From positions 164,842 through 228,841 of the forward strand of contig JAZQJD010000026.1 of NCBI GenBank assembly GCA_045541435.1: 64,000 nt of DNA, given 5' to 3'. The notes below the pieces were generated by a model that was not told the DNA's origin, ran no database searches, and worked only from the letters and a program-made list of their open reading frames with translations. The position numbers and the translations under genes were made by a program. Position 1 is the stretch's first letter; each line of letters opens with the position of its first letter. Below, piece after piece: positions 1 to 10,551 of the stretch. This DNA comes from Acutalibacteraceae bacterium (lineage in GTDB: Bacteria; Bacillota; Clostridia; Oscillospirales; Acutalibacteraceae).

Positions 1-10
1 GGGTGATTTT

Positions 11-1228
11 ATGTTACAAAAAGATTTCAAACCGGTTCTCAGATTTATGGTTACAAGCGACGTTCACATTAAAGATGAACCTTGCATTGAAGAAGAAAGA
101 CTTGAAAAAGCAATAAAGAGAGTTTATCAGCTTTGTGAAGAAAGCGAAACCTATAATAAACTTGATGCTTTCTATTCAGTTGGTGACTTTGCAAACAGCG
201 GTACTGAAAACCAGATGAGGAAATTCAAGGAAATTGTTGAGAAGAATCTCAAGCCCGAAACCCAGTATGCTCTCACAATGGCAAGCCACGAATACCACAG
301 CGAAGGTGTTGAGGCAGCACACGAAAAATTCGCAAGAGTTTTTGACACACCCGTTGACCAGCACAGAATTATAAACGGCTTCCACTTTATCAGCATTACT
401 TGCTCACAGAGCTGCAATTTCCACGCAGATAAAATAGCTTTTGCAGCAAAAGAGCTTAAAAAGGCAAGAGAAGCAGACCCCAAGAAGCCTATTTTTGTTT
501 TCCAGCATCCCCATATTACAGACACTGTTTACGGCAGCATGCTCTGGGGTGAAGACGAGCTTTATGCTACATATATGGATTACCCTCAGATAATTAATTT
601 CTCAGGTCACTCCCATGCACCGATTAACAATCCCCGTTCAATCCATCAGAAGCACTTCACCTCTCTCGGCACAGGCTCTCTTTCATACACAGAGCTTGAC
701 GAATTTGACAAATACTACGGAACTGTTCCGCCAATGAAACACAACTTCGCTCAGTTCCTTATTGTTGAAGCGGACAAGGACGGCAGAGTAAGAATTTACC
801 CCTATGATATTTTCACAGACAATTTCTTCCCCTATATCTGGGAAATTGATGAACCCTGGAATCCCGAAAGCTTCAAATACACTGACGACATCCGCTTCAA
901 AACTGCAGTTACTCCCTATTTCGCAGAGGATGCAAAAATCGAATTCGACGACCTTGACGATGACGGCTTCAGACTTAAATTCCCTCAGGCAAAAATCGAT
1001 GAGGACTATGTCAATGATTACAAGGTTGTTGTTATTGAAAAAGCAACCAACACAATTGTTAAGCAGACAGTTATGTGGTCAGAATATTATTTCTACAATA
1101 TGCCCGAACACCTTGAAATTGCATACACAGATTTGAACCCTGATACAGAATACATTGTTAAGATTTATGCAGGTAGCTTCTGGAAAACAACTTCTGCTCC
1201 ACTTTGTGCAGAAATCAAAACTTTATAA
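11..1228 (+). CDS. Calcineurin-like metallophosphoesterase with a C-terminal Fn3/PAP-like domain
   Basis: GDFANSG and GHSH metallophosphoesterase motifs in the 405-aa ORF. RBS GGGTGA sits upstream of the ATG at 11. No signal peptide. Confidence 0.7.
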   Translation: MLQKDFKPVLRFMVTSDVHIKDEPCIEEERLEKAIKRVYQLCEESETYNKLDAFYSVGDFANSGTENQMRKFKEIVEKNLKPETQYALTMASHEYHSEGVEAAHEKFARVFDTPVDQHRIINGFHFISITCSQSCNFHADKIAFAAKELKKAREADPKKPIFVFQHPHITDTVYGSMLWGEDELYATYMDYPQIINFSGHSHAPINNPRSIHQKHFTSLGTGSLSYTELDEFDKYYGTVPPMKHNFAQFLIVEADKDGRVRIYPYDIFTDNFFPYIWEIDEPWNPESFKYTDDIRFKTAVTPYFAEDAKIEFDDLDDDGFRLKFPQAKIDEDYVNDYKVVVIEKATNTIVKQTVMWSEYYFYNMPEHLEIAYTDLNPDTEYIVKIYAGSFWKTTSAPLCAEIKTL

Positions 1229-1260
1229 TCTAATTTTATTTAAATAAAGGAGGAACATAC

Positions 1261-2730
1261 ATGGACCAAATTAAAGTTTCCGGAATGAGATTCCTTGACG
1301 AACACGGCAGAGAACGAATCTTCAGCGGTATGAACGTTGTTGATAAAAAGGATTTTGATGAAAAAGACCCCGGCTACGGCTACAAGGTTGATAAATTTCC
1401 TTTTGAAGAATTCCGTGCAAGAGGTTACGATATAATCCGTTTAGGATTCACCTGGGGTGCTATGGAGCCGAAGCCCGGTCACTACAACGAAAAGCTTATT
1501 TCCGACCTTTGTGCATTTCTTGATAAGTGCGAGGAATACGGCATTTATGCTTACCTTGATTGCCATCAGGATGTTTACTCCCCTTATTGCTATGGTGATG
1601 GTGCACCACGTTGGGCAACCTTAACAGATAAATATGTTCCCAAAAAGCAAATTGCTGTCTGGGCAGAACCATATTTTTACGGCAAGGCTTGTTTCAGAGC
1701 GTTTGATAATTTCTGGAACAATGCTCAGTACAACCGCAAAGGCTTACAGGACTATTTTGCAGATATGTGGAAGCACGTTGCAGCGGCGGTTAAAGATAAG
1801 CCTGCTCTTTTCGGATTTGACTTTTTCAATGAACCTCATCCGGGTGAAGACGGCGGTAAAATTTTCAGGACACTTATTAAAGGTTTAGTCAAAACTTCTA
1901 TCACAGATAAAAGAGTTGACCTTATAGAAATGGCAAAAATCGGTCTCTTCAGCGATGAAAAACCGAAAGCACTTGACCAATATCACGGCGAGGTATTCAG
2001 AAAGCTCTCCTCGGGTTGTGATGAGCTTGTAAGAAATTTTGATGAAAACCGATATTCTCCCTTTATCAGCAAAATGGCAACTGCGATAAGAGAGGTTACC
2101 GATAAGGGTATAATGTTTATGGAAAATAACTATTATTCCAATATGGGTATCCCCTGCTGTAACAAGCCCGTTAATGTTAAGGGTGAAAGGGAAAGCCAAC
2201 AGGTTTTCGCTCCTCACGCCTATGACCTTATGGTTGATACCCCCGCTTATAAATATGCTAACAACTCCCGAGTTGGTATGATTTTTGATGAACACAGAAA
2301 CACTCAGGTAAGACTTCAGGTTCCTTGTGTTGTTGGCGAATGGGGGTCTTGTGCAGAGGGTGACGGCTGGTATCCTCATATAAGATTCTTGCAGGATAAA
2401 TTTGACTCTTACAAATGGAGCAACACCTATTGGTGCTATTTTGACGGAATTTTAGAACAGGATTTTATGAAAGTATTTACCCGACCTCGTCCCAAGGCTG
2501 TTACAGGTGAAATTATTTCCTATAAATATGACCACGATGACGGTGAATTCAAATTAAAATATAATCAGACAGAAAAATTTAAGGTTCCCACAGTTGTTTA
2601 TGTTGACCGCAAGCCTAAAGAAATCAAATGCGACGGTAAATATAAAATAATTGAGCTTCCCGGTAATATCGGCTATGATATAGAATTCAAAACCGATATC
2701 GGTGAACAGGAAATTGAAATCAAATTTTAA
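1261..2730 (+). CDS. Glycoside hydrolase family 5 protein (cytoplasmic, no signal peptide)
   Basis: 489-aa ORF. NEP acid/base motif (FDFFNEPH) and GEWG nucleophile region are typical of GH5. RBS AAGGAGG precedes the ATG. Confidence 0.75.
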   Translation: MDQIKVSGMRFLDEHGRERIFSGMNVVDKKDFDEKDPGYGYKVDKFPFEEFRARGYDIIRLGFTWGAMEPKPGHYNEKLISDLCAFLDKCEEYGIYAYLDCHQDVYSPYCYGDGAPRWATLTDKYVPKKQIAVWAEPYFYGKACFRAFDNFWNNAQYNRKGLQDYFADMWKHVAAAVKDKPALFGFDFFNEPHPGEDGGKIFRTLIKGLVKTSITDKRVDLIEMAKIGLFSDEKPKALDQYHGEVFRKLSSGCDELVRNFDENRYSPFISKMATAIREVTDKGIMFMENNYYSNMGIPCCNKPVNVKGERESQQVFAPHAYDLMVDTPAYKYANNSRVGMIFDEHRNTQVRLQVPCVVGEWGSCAEGDGWYPHIRFLQDKFDSYKWSNTYWCYFDGILEQDFMKVFTRPRPKAVTGEIISYKYDHDDGEFKLKYNQTEKFKVPTVVYVDRKPKEIKCDGKYKIIELPGNIGYDIEFKTDIGEQEIEIKF

Positions 2731-2831
2731 CAAATACTTAATATAATTATAATTTAATAATGGGTATAGCCAATTTTCAAAGAAAACTGACTATACCCAT
2801 TAAGACGTTTAAGCTTTAAAAGAACGGGGGC

Positions 2832-4238
2832 TTGACTGTGACTGACCTTAATAAAATTGCCGAGGATATTATAGACCAAGGGAAAAAAGCAGTCTGCCGT
2901 GAAATCCCACCTTTTATAAGAGCAATAAATGCTTTGACTTTTCAACCATCAGAAAACGAGTACAACTACACAAACGGTAATATTTTTTACTATTCTCCGG
3001 AAGATATATGCAACAAATATAAAGCTAATAAAAACAGTATTGCAAGACTGTTAATACATTCATTATTGCATTGTGCTTTGCTTCATATTTACAACATAGA
3101 TTTCAAAAACAAAAAGCTTTGGGATTTTGCTTGCGATATATGCGTTGAAAAAATTATTAATGATGCAAAACTCACCTGCTCTGAAACAGAAAAATCTGCA
3201 ACTCAGAACAACATAATAAAAAAACTTTCAGACAAAATAAAGAATTTCACCGCTGAAAATATATACTACTATCTTATAACGGAATTCAAGTCAACCAATG
3301 ATTCGGAGCTATACACAGACCTGTTTTATGCCGACAATCACAACAGCTGGTATAAAAATTCACTTTTCGGTATATATGATGACAATGAAACCATTGAAGT
3401 GGAAGCTCGTTCAATTTACCAAAAAGAAGATGACAGAAGCGGTGAATCCCAAAGCAACGGAAAAACCTTAAGTAAGTTTTCAGACTCCAAGACAGAAAAC
3501 GCTGAGGATGCTTGGCGGGAAATCACAAAGCAAATACTCCGTGATGCAGATATTTTTCCATCTCAAATGGGAACAAATGCAGGCAACATTCTTCAAAATC
3601 TTGAAGCTGTAACCCGAGAAGAATATGATTATTCCGAATTATTGAAAAATTTCATTAAGGCTGATGAAGCTCTTGAAATTAATGACGATGAATTCGACTA
3701 TATTTATTACACATACGGACTTAAGCTTTACGAAAACATACCTTTAATCGAACCGCTTGAATATTCGGAAAGCGGAAAAATCAAGAAGCTTGTTATCGCA
3801 ATCGACACCTCAGGCTCTGTAATGGGTGAAATTGTTGAGGGATTTATAAGAAAAACATATTCAATACTCAACACCACTGATTTTTTCAGAAGCAATTTTG
3901 AAATACATATTATTCAGTGCGATTCCGTTATACAAAATATAGCCGTTATGAAATCCACGGCAGAACTTGAAGATTATATGAAAAACCTTATTTTGCAGGG
4001 CTTTGGCGGTACGGACTTCACGCCGGTTTTCCAATATGTTGATGAGCTTTATGAAAGCTCATCTGAAAAAGAATTAAACGGACTCATCTACTTTACCGAT
4101 GGTGACGGTATTTACCCCGAAAAAACACCACAATACAAAAATGTTTTTGTAATTCACGATAACGGCTTCGACAAAAGTCAGATACCTGTATGGGCAACAC
4201 CTTTATATATTGATAAAAACAAATTAATAGCTTTATAA
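2832..4238 (+). CDS. DUF2201-type protein: N-terminal putative metallopeptidase-like domain plus C-terminal VWA-like domain
   Basis: HSLLHCALLH motif in the N-terminal part. MIDAS-like DTSGS (LVIAIDTSGSVMG) in the C-terminal part. TTG start with GGGGG RBS. Confidence 0.65.
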   Translation: MTVTDLNKIAEDIIDQGKKAVCREIPPFIRAINALTFQPSENEYNYTNGNIFYYSPEDICNKYKANKNSIARLLIHSLLHCALLHIYNIDFKNKKLWDFACDICVEKIINDAKLTCSETEKSATQNNIIKKLSDKIKNFTAENIYYYLITEFKSTNDSELYTDLFYADNHNSWYKNSLFGIYDDNETIEVEARSIYQKEDDRSGESQSNGKTLSKFSDSKTENAEDAWREITKQILRDADIFPSQMGTNAGNILQNLEAVTREEYDYSELLKNFIKADEALEINDDEFDYIYYTYGLKLYENIPLIEPLEYSESGKIKKLVIAIDTSGSVMGEIVEGFIRKTYSILNTTDFFRSNFEIHIIQCDSVIQNIAVMKSTAELEDYMKNLILQGFGGTDFTPVFQYVDELYESSSEKELNGLIYFTDGDGIYPEKTPQYKNVFVIHDNGFDKSQIPVWATPLYIDKNKLIAL

Positions 4239-4256
4239 ACTGAAAGGGAATCTATT

Positions 4257-5507
4257 TTGCAATCCGCAGATAAAACATTAAGAATCTTTTTACCTGTAAT
4301 AAAAACAGATAAATATGCCTTCAATTCACAAATTGAAGACGTAGAGATGCTTCATACCGTAAAAGCAGTAAAAAGCTCTGCATTCTGCAACTGTTCCTCA
4401 TTAAAGAACATTAAATTTTCCGAAAAGCTTACAGAAATACAGAATTTCGCTTTTTTGAACTGCTCTTCATTGGAAAATGTTTTGCTCCCCTCTTCAGTAA
4501 AAAGCTTAGGTGAAGGAGTTTTCAAAAGCTGTACAAACCTAAAAAAAATCCAATTACCCAAAAATTTAAAAGAACTCCCCGCTAACTTTTTTGAAAACTG
4601 CAGAGGGCTTGAAACTATAATTTTACCCGAAGGTCTTGAAAGTATCGGGGAAGAATGCTTCAACGGATGCATTAATTTAAAAGAAATTGTTTTACCTAAA
4701 TCATTAAAATCAATAAAAAAGAAAGCATTTAAGCGTTGCAAACGCCTTGAATCCATTGTTTTTCCCAAAGGTCTGAAATATATCGGTGATATGGCTTTTG
4801 AGGGGTGTAACGCTCTTACAAACATAGTTTTCAAAGGGTCTCCGGAAAATATCGGAGCATCTGCATTTCCCGAAACTCCGTGCGTTTTGCCGAATGTAAC
4901 CGGAACGATGTATTCTTCCAGCTTTATGCAAAAAAGCGAATACGGATTATGCCCGACAGTTACTGTTCCAAAAGATATAAAGAACTTGTGCTTAGGTTTT
5001 GAAAATACACTTACCTACAAGCAAACCTGCGAAAACAAAACCTGCTACAACCACATTCTTTCTTTAGAAAAATATAACGGACGGCTTTTTATAAGTGAAA
5101 ATTTTTATTCATACAATGACAGAACTGATGCACTTATAAAAAACGGCGAGTTCGATTTTATTAAATATGATTCTCAATTTGATAAATCAGAAGAAAAGGA
5201 AAAGCCTATTATTGCTGCTTTCAGACTTTCCTACCCAATTAAACTTCAAGAAAAAACGAAAGCAATTTATCATAACCATTTATTACAAACAGCAGAATAC
5301 GCTGCAATTTTTGCAACAGAAAAAAACGAAGAAAAGGTCTTAAAATATCTGCTGGATAGCTTTGATTTAGAGTCAGAATTTTGTTCATTCTTATATGAAA
5401 AAGCCTCAAAAAACAGCTTTTTAAATTTACAACAGATTTTATCACAAAAGAAGAAAAAAACAGGCTTTGAAGAAATTGAATTTTTATATAATGAAATTTT
5501 AGGGTGA
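4257..5507 (+). CDS. Cytosolic leucine-rich-repeat (BspA-type LRR) protein
   Basis: Repeated ~23-aa LRR units (C.sL..I.lP..L..IG..AF..C..L). No signal peptide. TTG start. Overlaps the next gene by 4 nt. Confidence 0.55.
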   Translation: MQSADKTLRIFLPVIKTDKYAFNSQIEDVEMLHTVKAVKSSAFCNCSSLKNIKFSEKLTEIQNFAFLNCSSLENVLLPSSVKSLGEGVFKSCTNLKKIQLPKNLKELPANFFENCRGLETIILPEGLESIGEECFNGCINLKEIVLPKSLKSIKKKAFKRCKRLESIVFPKGLKYIGDMAFEGCNALTNIVFKGSPENIGASAFPETPCVLPNVTGTMYSSSFMQKSEYGLCPTVTVPKDIKNLCLGFENTLTYKQTCENKTCYNHILSLEKYNGRLFISENFYSYNDRTDALIKNGEFDFIKYDSQFDKSEEKEKPIIAAFRLSYPIKLQEKTKAIYHNHLLQTAEYAAIFATEKNEEKVLKYLLDSFDLESEFCSFLYEKASKNSFLNLQQILSQKKKKTGFEEIEFLYNEILG

Positions 5508-6814
5508 AATTTATGAATATAAAAGAAGCAACAATGCACATTAAAAACACCGTTATTGCATACCTGGAAAAAAATGAGGACGGCTCATTTTTCATTCCCG
5601 TTGAAAAACAGCGTCCCGTTTTCCTTTACGGCCCTCCCGGTATAGGTAAAACTGCGGTTATGGAGCAAATTGCAAACGAACTTAATATAGGTATTGTTTC
5701 ATATTCCATGACCCATCACACAAGGCAGAGTGCAATCGGTCTTCCCTTTATTGCAAAGAAAAGCTTTGACAAAAAAGAATACAGCGTTTCCGAATACACA
5801 ATGAGTGAAATTCTTGCATCTGTTTATGACTACATTGAAGAAACAGGCAAAAAGGAAGGTATTTTATTTCTTGATGAAATCAACTGCGTTTCAGAAACTC
5901 TTGCTCCGTCAATGTTAAGATTCCTGCAGTATAAAACCTTCGGCTCTCACGAGGTTCCGAAGGGCTGGATTGTTGTTACCGCAGGTAACCCACCCGAATA
6001 CAATAAATCTGTAAGAGAATACGATATTGCAACTCTTGACAGAATTAAGAAAATCGATGTTGAAGCAAGCTATGATGTCTGGAAAGAATACGCCGTAAAC
6101 AACAATGTTCACCCTGCAATAGTTGCTTTTTTAGATATTAAAAAGGATTGTTTTTATTCTATTGAAAATACCCCGGCAGGAAAAAAATTTGTTACTGCTC
6201 GTGGTTGGGAGGATTTATCAAGAATTATGTGCCTTTATGAGAAGAAAAGTCTCATAATTGATGCTTCTTTGATTGAACAATATATTCAATCCCCCTCTAT
6301 TGCTCAGGATTTTTCAAGCTATTACTCCGCCTTCAAAAAGCTTAAGGATGTTTTTGATGCTGAAAAAATTCTTAGCGGTTGTTTTGACAATGCTGTTATT
6401 GAAGAAATCAAAAATTTAAGCATTTCGGAAAAATTAGGTTTAATTAATATATTAAGCGACTACATAACACTTGAAGCTAAAGCTGTTATCGCTAAAAGCA
6501 ACTCAATAAAAGAAGCACTTAAGCTTTTAAAAGATAAAGAAGCAACTGAAGATAAAAAAGCAAGTGTAAAAGCAGATATCGAACAGCTTAAAGACGAAAC
6601 AAAAAAGCTTCAAGAAAAGCTTTCAAATGTTGTTGAGTTTATGAAATCTGCATTCGGAAATTCTCCCGAAACTGAAATTTTCATTTCAAATATTTCTTTA
6701 AATAAATCTTCCGCAACATTTCTAATGTCTTTCGGCTGCGAAAGCTTTGCAAGGCTTTCCGACAGAAGCGAATATGAGAAAAAGATAATTGAAGAACTTG
6801 ATGCTCTGATATAA
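5504..6814 (+). CDS. AAA (AAA_5/MoxR-like) ATPase with a C-terminal coiled-coil extension
   Basis: Walker A LYGPPGIGKT and Walker B ILFLDEIN. Start codon overlaps the LRR gene stop. Followed by a hairpin terminator at 6820-6850. Confidence 0.7.
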   Translation: MKFMNIKEATMHIKNTVIAYLEKNEDGSFFIPVEKQRPVFLYGPPGIGKTAVMEQIANELNIGIVSYSMTHHTRQSAIGLPFIAKKSFDKKEYSVSEYTMSEILASVYDYIEETGKKEGILFLDEINCVSETLAPSMLRFLQYKTFGSHEVPKGWIVVTAGNPPEYNKSVREYDIATLDRIKKIDVEASYDVWKEYAVNNNVHPAIVAFLDIKKDCFYSIENTPAGKKFVTARGWEDLSRIMCLYEKKSLIIDASLIEQYIQSPSIAQDFSSYYSAFKKLKDVFDAEKILSGCFDNAVIEEIKNLSISEKLGLINILSDYITLEAKAVIAKSNSIKEALKLLKDKEATEDKKASVKADIEQLKDETKKLQEKLSNVVEFMKSAFGNSPETEIFISNISLNKSSATFLMSFGCESFARLSDRSEYEKKIIEELDALI

Positions 6815-6852
6815 AGTCAGCACCCCGAACCAAATTGATTCGGGGTGTTGTT

Positions 6853-7548
6853 TTATGCCGCAATAGGTTCTGTTACGTATTCATTCAATTCTTCATCATA
6901 ATACTCTTCATACACTTCATAGTCTTCATACACTTCATAGTCTTCGTAATTATACTCATATCGTGAGTTATCCCATTCATTATTGTTATATTTTTCAATA
7001 ACCTCGTCAACAGGCATTCCGTTAATATATACGTTAACTACTTTAAACCTATTTTTATAAATCTTGAATACTACATAAGCCTGAGTTCCAGGACCTTCGC
7101 AAATACCGTCTTGTATATTTTCTTTTTCGTTTATTTTATTGTATAACTCATAGTAATCATATTCATACTGTGCTTTTGTAACTTCACTTTTATATTTAAA
7201 ACACCAATCCTCTTGGTACCAGCTATACATTCTGTCACGACTTATATACAAAGCTGTATCAGATATTGTTTCTGTTTCTTCACAGGTGTAAAATCCATCA
7301 CCACTATCATAAAAAATAAGATAGTCTTTTCCACCAAAATCACTCATTTTATCCCGAAGTTCTGAAATCTGGAACTCCACCTGATGTTCATCATAGTCTG
7401 CGTAATCAAGAAGCATTTTTATTTCCTGCCCTTTCTCTTCCAATTCCTTATTCTTGAAGGTTTCATACCCCCAGACACCTAAAGGAATTATAAACTGAAC
7501 TGCAAGTATTATTGAAAGAATTATTGTACCTTTTTTATTTTTCATCAT
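6853..7548 (-). CDS. Hypothetical single-pass membrane protein with an acidic Tyr/Glu-rich repeat tail
   Basis: N-terminal TM after MMKNKKG. C-terminal EDYEVYEDYEVYEEYYDEE is encoded by a 21-bp tandem DNA repeat near 6895-6940. RBS GGTGGA. Overlaps the stop of the upstream gene. Confidence 0.5.
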   Translation of the reverse strand: MMKNKKGTIILSIILAVQFIIPLGVWGYETFKNKELEEKGQEIKMLLDYADYDEHQVEFQISELRDKMSDFGGKDYLIFYDSGDGFYTCEETETISDTALYISRDRMYSWYQEDWCFKYKSEVTKAQYEYDYYELYNKINEKENIQDGICEGPGTQAYVVFKIYKNRFKVVNVYINGMPVDEVIEKYNNNEWDNSRYEYNYEDYEVYEDYEVYEEYYDEELNEYVTEPIAA

Positions 7549-8989
7549 CTTCCACCGCCTTTTCCAATTCAAGCTGTTCTTTTTTGATTTTCCTTGAGAT
7601 ACAGAAGTTTGCACCGAAAAGAGATGCACCGCTGATTAAGAACATAAGGCCAACCGTTACCATATTCCAATCGAAAGCAGAAAGCACGAAGAACATCAAA
7701 ACAAGTAGCATTATAAGACCAACATTAAGGTTAAAGTAGTTCTTTTCACTTGCGCCTTTGATGAGCATTACAAGACCTTCTGCAAATGTGATTGCGAAAA
7801 GGATAAGACCTATCCACACTACTGATTCAAATGCCGGGCTGAATAAAGCAATTACCGCACCTGCTGCACCAAGATAGCAGAAAATTGACTGATATTTATT
7901 TTTATCAAGAGATTTTTCGCCGATGATAAAGCCGATTGCAAGAGTTGCAACTGTTAAAATTATTGTTATAATGCTTTCGGGTTTAATTAAGTTTAACCAT
8001 CTGTTGATGTCGCTGTATGAATAAATAACATCATCCTGCAAATGAAAATAGGTTGAAGCTATTGAGCCAAACGCAGTTCCTAAAATACCTATTGGGTAAA
8101 ACGGCATTGACCAACCGTCGTTTTTATTCAATGCGTAAATACAAACTGCAAGTGCCAATGGCAAGGAGAAATAACCCCAATCAAGAATAAACAAGCTTAT
8201 TGCAATTACCATAGCACAAGCGGCTATTACTGAAATCCATGAAGAATATTCATATCTTGCATCTGCCACATTCTTTCTGTTGAAGAAAGTGAAAAGAAGT
8301 CCTGCACCAACTAAAGTAACCATTAAAACAGTTGTTAAAATTTCATTTCTTGTATACTCCATAACACCTATTGAGCCTGCTATTGAAAAGCCGTAGTAGA
8401 ACACCAAGGGTGAAACGACCTTAAAGAAGCACAATATCGGAAGAATCAGAACCGCATCAATAAGTAAGCACATTAAAGCACCTAAATGAAGCTCTAAAAC
8501 CATACTTAAAAGACCAACTGTTGCGGTAACGCCTGCGGACCATAAAATTGATGCGCCCTCTCTCCAGGCGATGTTATCAAATTTTTTCTTATAGGTATAA
8601 ACTGCACCCGCCTGCCCTAAAAGCAATGGCAAGAATGAAACGGTTGCTTTCATAATATTAGGAAATTTGTCCCAAAGGGCAACCATAAGAATTATTACGC
8701 CTGCACCGACGAACAAGGAGCCTAAAATAGAGAAAACCATAAACAAGGTTTTACTTGTTCTGACGCTTTCCTCTAATTGAGTGTTACGTTTTTCACCATA
8801 TAGCAGCTCTTCAACCTCAACACCGAAAAGCTCAGCGATTTTCTGAATCATATCCAAATCCGGTTGAGTTCTGTTATTTTCCCAGGATGAAACTGCCTGG
8901 CGGGAAACAAAGAGCTTTTGCGCCAGCTCCTCTTGACTCATGTTCTCTAACATTCGTAAGCGTTTGATGTTTTTTGAAATTTTAGTCAT
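7535..8989 (-). CDS. XRE-family HTH regulator fused to a polytopic membrane domain
   Basis: N-terminal HTH_3 (LRMLENMSQEELAQKLFVSRQAVSSWENNRTQP) followed by about 10 predicted TM helices. GAGGTG RBS favours the start at MTKISK. Confidence 0.65.
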   Translation of the reverse strand: MTKISKNIKRLRMLENMSQEELAQKLFVSRQAVSSWENNRTQPDLDMIQKIAELFGVEVEELLYGEKRNTQLEESVRTSKTLFMVFSILGSLFVGAGVIILMVALWDKFPNIMKATVSFLPLLLGQAGAVYTYKKKFDNIAWREGASILWSAGVTATVGLLSMVLELHLGALMCLLIDAVLILPILCFFKVVSPLVFYYGFSIAGSIGVMEYTRNEILTTVLMVTLVGAGLLFTFFNRKNVADARYEYSSWISVIAACAMVIAISLFILDWGYFSLPLALAVCIYALNKNDGWSMPFYPIGILGTAFGSIASTYFHLQDDVIYSYSDINRWLNLIKPESIITIILTVATLAIGFIIGEKSLDKNKYQSIFCYLGAAGAVIALFSPAFESVVWIGLILFAITFAEGLVMLIKGASEKNYFNLNVGLIMLLVLMFFVLSAFDWNMVTVGLMFLISGASLFGANFCISRKIKKEQLELEKAVEDDEK

Positions 8990-9204
8990 TTTCATCACCT
9001 CTAAAACCATATTTACATTTTATTTTGAAAATGTCATCATTTTTTTGAAAAACAGTTCGGCTACATTTTGTTGCGCCTTTATTCTGCAAGGCTTTTAGCC
9101 TATCCGTTTTTCTTGACTTTAGTATAACTCCGAAAAATAAAAAAACTGTCCGAATGTAACTTTCGGGCAGTTTTTTGTAACTTTTGGGTATTTTTCTATA
9201 ATTT

Positions 9205-10551
9205 TTAGTGTTTACTCTTATCGTCACGCTCTCGGATTACGAATCTAACGGGAGTACCCTCAAGACCGTAAACCTCACGAATCTGATTTTCAAGGTAACG
9301 CTGATAGCTATAGTGAAATAAATCCGCACTGTTAACGAAGCAAACGAATGTTGGTGGTCTTGTTGAGGCTTGGGTCATATAATAAATTTTAAGACGTTTG
9401 CCTTTATCTGTTGGTGGCTGAACTCGGAGAGTTGCCGCTGCAAGAATTTCATTGAGCTGACCTGTTTTGATTCGCATTGCATTCTGAGTATCAACGAATT
9501 TAATAAGCTCATAAAGTCTGTCTACTCGTTGACCTGTTTTTGCCGAAATGAAAATGATAGGAGCAAAGGACATAAACGAAAAATCCTTCATTAACTGTTT
9601 GCGGTAGGAGTCCATTGTTTTGCCATCCTTTGCATAGGCATCCCATTTATTAACCGCAATAATGCAGCCCTTACCCTGCTCTAAGGCACGGCCTGCAACC
9701 TTGCTGTCCTGCTCAGTAAAGCCCTCAAGGGCATCTATCATAATAACGCAGACATTGGCTCTTTCAACTGCCATATCTGTTCTCAGAACGCTGTATTTTT
9801 CAACCGCATCCTCAACCTTTGATTTACGGCGAAGACCTGCAGTATCAATGAACATAAATTTACCGTGTTCATTCTCAACAAAGCTATCAGTAGCATCTCT
9901 GGTTGTTCCTGCAATATTGGAAACAATCATTCTTTCTTCACCGATAATCTTGTTAACAAGCGAGGATTTACCAACATTGGGTTTACCGATAACCGCAACC
10001 TTAATATAGTCATCCTCGTCATTATCCTCTGTAAGATATTCTTCGGGAAGATGCTTCAAAACCTCGTCAAGAAGGTCGCCTGTTCCGTGGCCGTGAACAG
10101 AAGATACGGGGAACGGGTCTCCAAGACCAAGGTTATAGAATTCATAAAGCTCAGGTGGTGGTGCACCTAAGCCATCGCATTTATTAACTGCTAAAACAAT
10201 AGGTTTACCGCTTTTCTGAAGCATAGTTGCAACCTCTTCATCAGTTGCCACAACACCGTCACGAACATCAGTAACTAAGATAATTACATTGGCACTATCA
10301 ATGGCAAGCTGTGCTTGACGACGCATCTGAGAAAGAATAACATCATTTGAGTAAGGCTCAATACCGCCTGTATCAACAAGAAGCATATTATGCCCCAGCC
10401 ACTCGCAATCACCAAAAAGGCGGTCACGGGTAACACCGGGAGTATTATCAACAATCGCAAGGCGGGTACCTGTAAGCTTGTTGAAAAGTGTAGATTTACC
10501 TACATTAGGTCTGCCGACAATGGCAACAACCGGTCTTGCCATATTAAGCAC
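9205..10551 (-). CDS. der: Ribosome biogenesis GTPase Der (EngA)
   Basis: Two tandem GTPase domains (GRPNVGKS and GKPNVGKS P-loops) and a KH-like C-terminus. Confidence 0.95.
   Translation of the reverse strand: MLNMARPVVAIVGRPNVGKSTLFNKLTGTRLAIVDNTPGVTRDRLFGDCEWLGHNMLLVDTGGIEPYSNDVILSQMRRQAQLAIDSANVIILVTDVRDGVVATDEEVATMLQKSGKPIVLAVNKCDGLGAPPPELYEFYNLGLGDPFPVSSVHGHGTGDLLDEVLKHLPEEYLTEDNDEDDYIKVAVIGKPNVGKSSLVNKIIGEERMIVSNIAGTTRDATDSFVENEHGKFMFIDTAGLRRKSKVEDAVEKYSVLRTDMAVERANVCVIMIDALEGFTEQDSKVAGRALEQGKGCIIAVNKWDAYAKDGKTMDSYRKQLMKDFSFMSFAPIIFISAKTGQRVDRLYELIKFVDTQNAMRIKTGQLNEILAAATLRVQPPTDKGKRLKIYYMTQASTRPPTFVCFVNSADLFHYSYQRYLENQIREVYGLEGTPVRFVIRERDDKSKH

Noticed and set aside
804-1136. Same-strand internal ORF (110 aa) inside the metallophosphoesterase gene
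   Set aside because: It is an alternative frame of a gene whose main frame carries the conserved phosphoesterase motifs.
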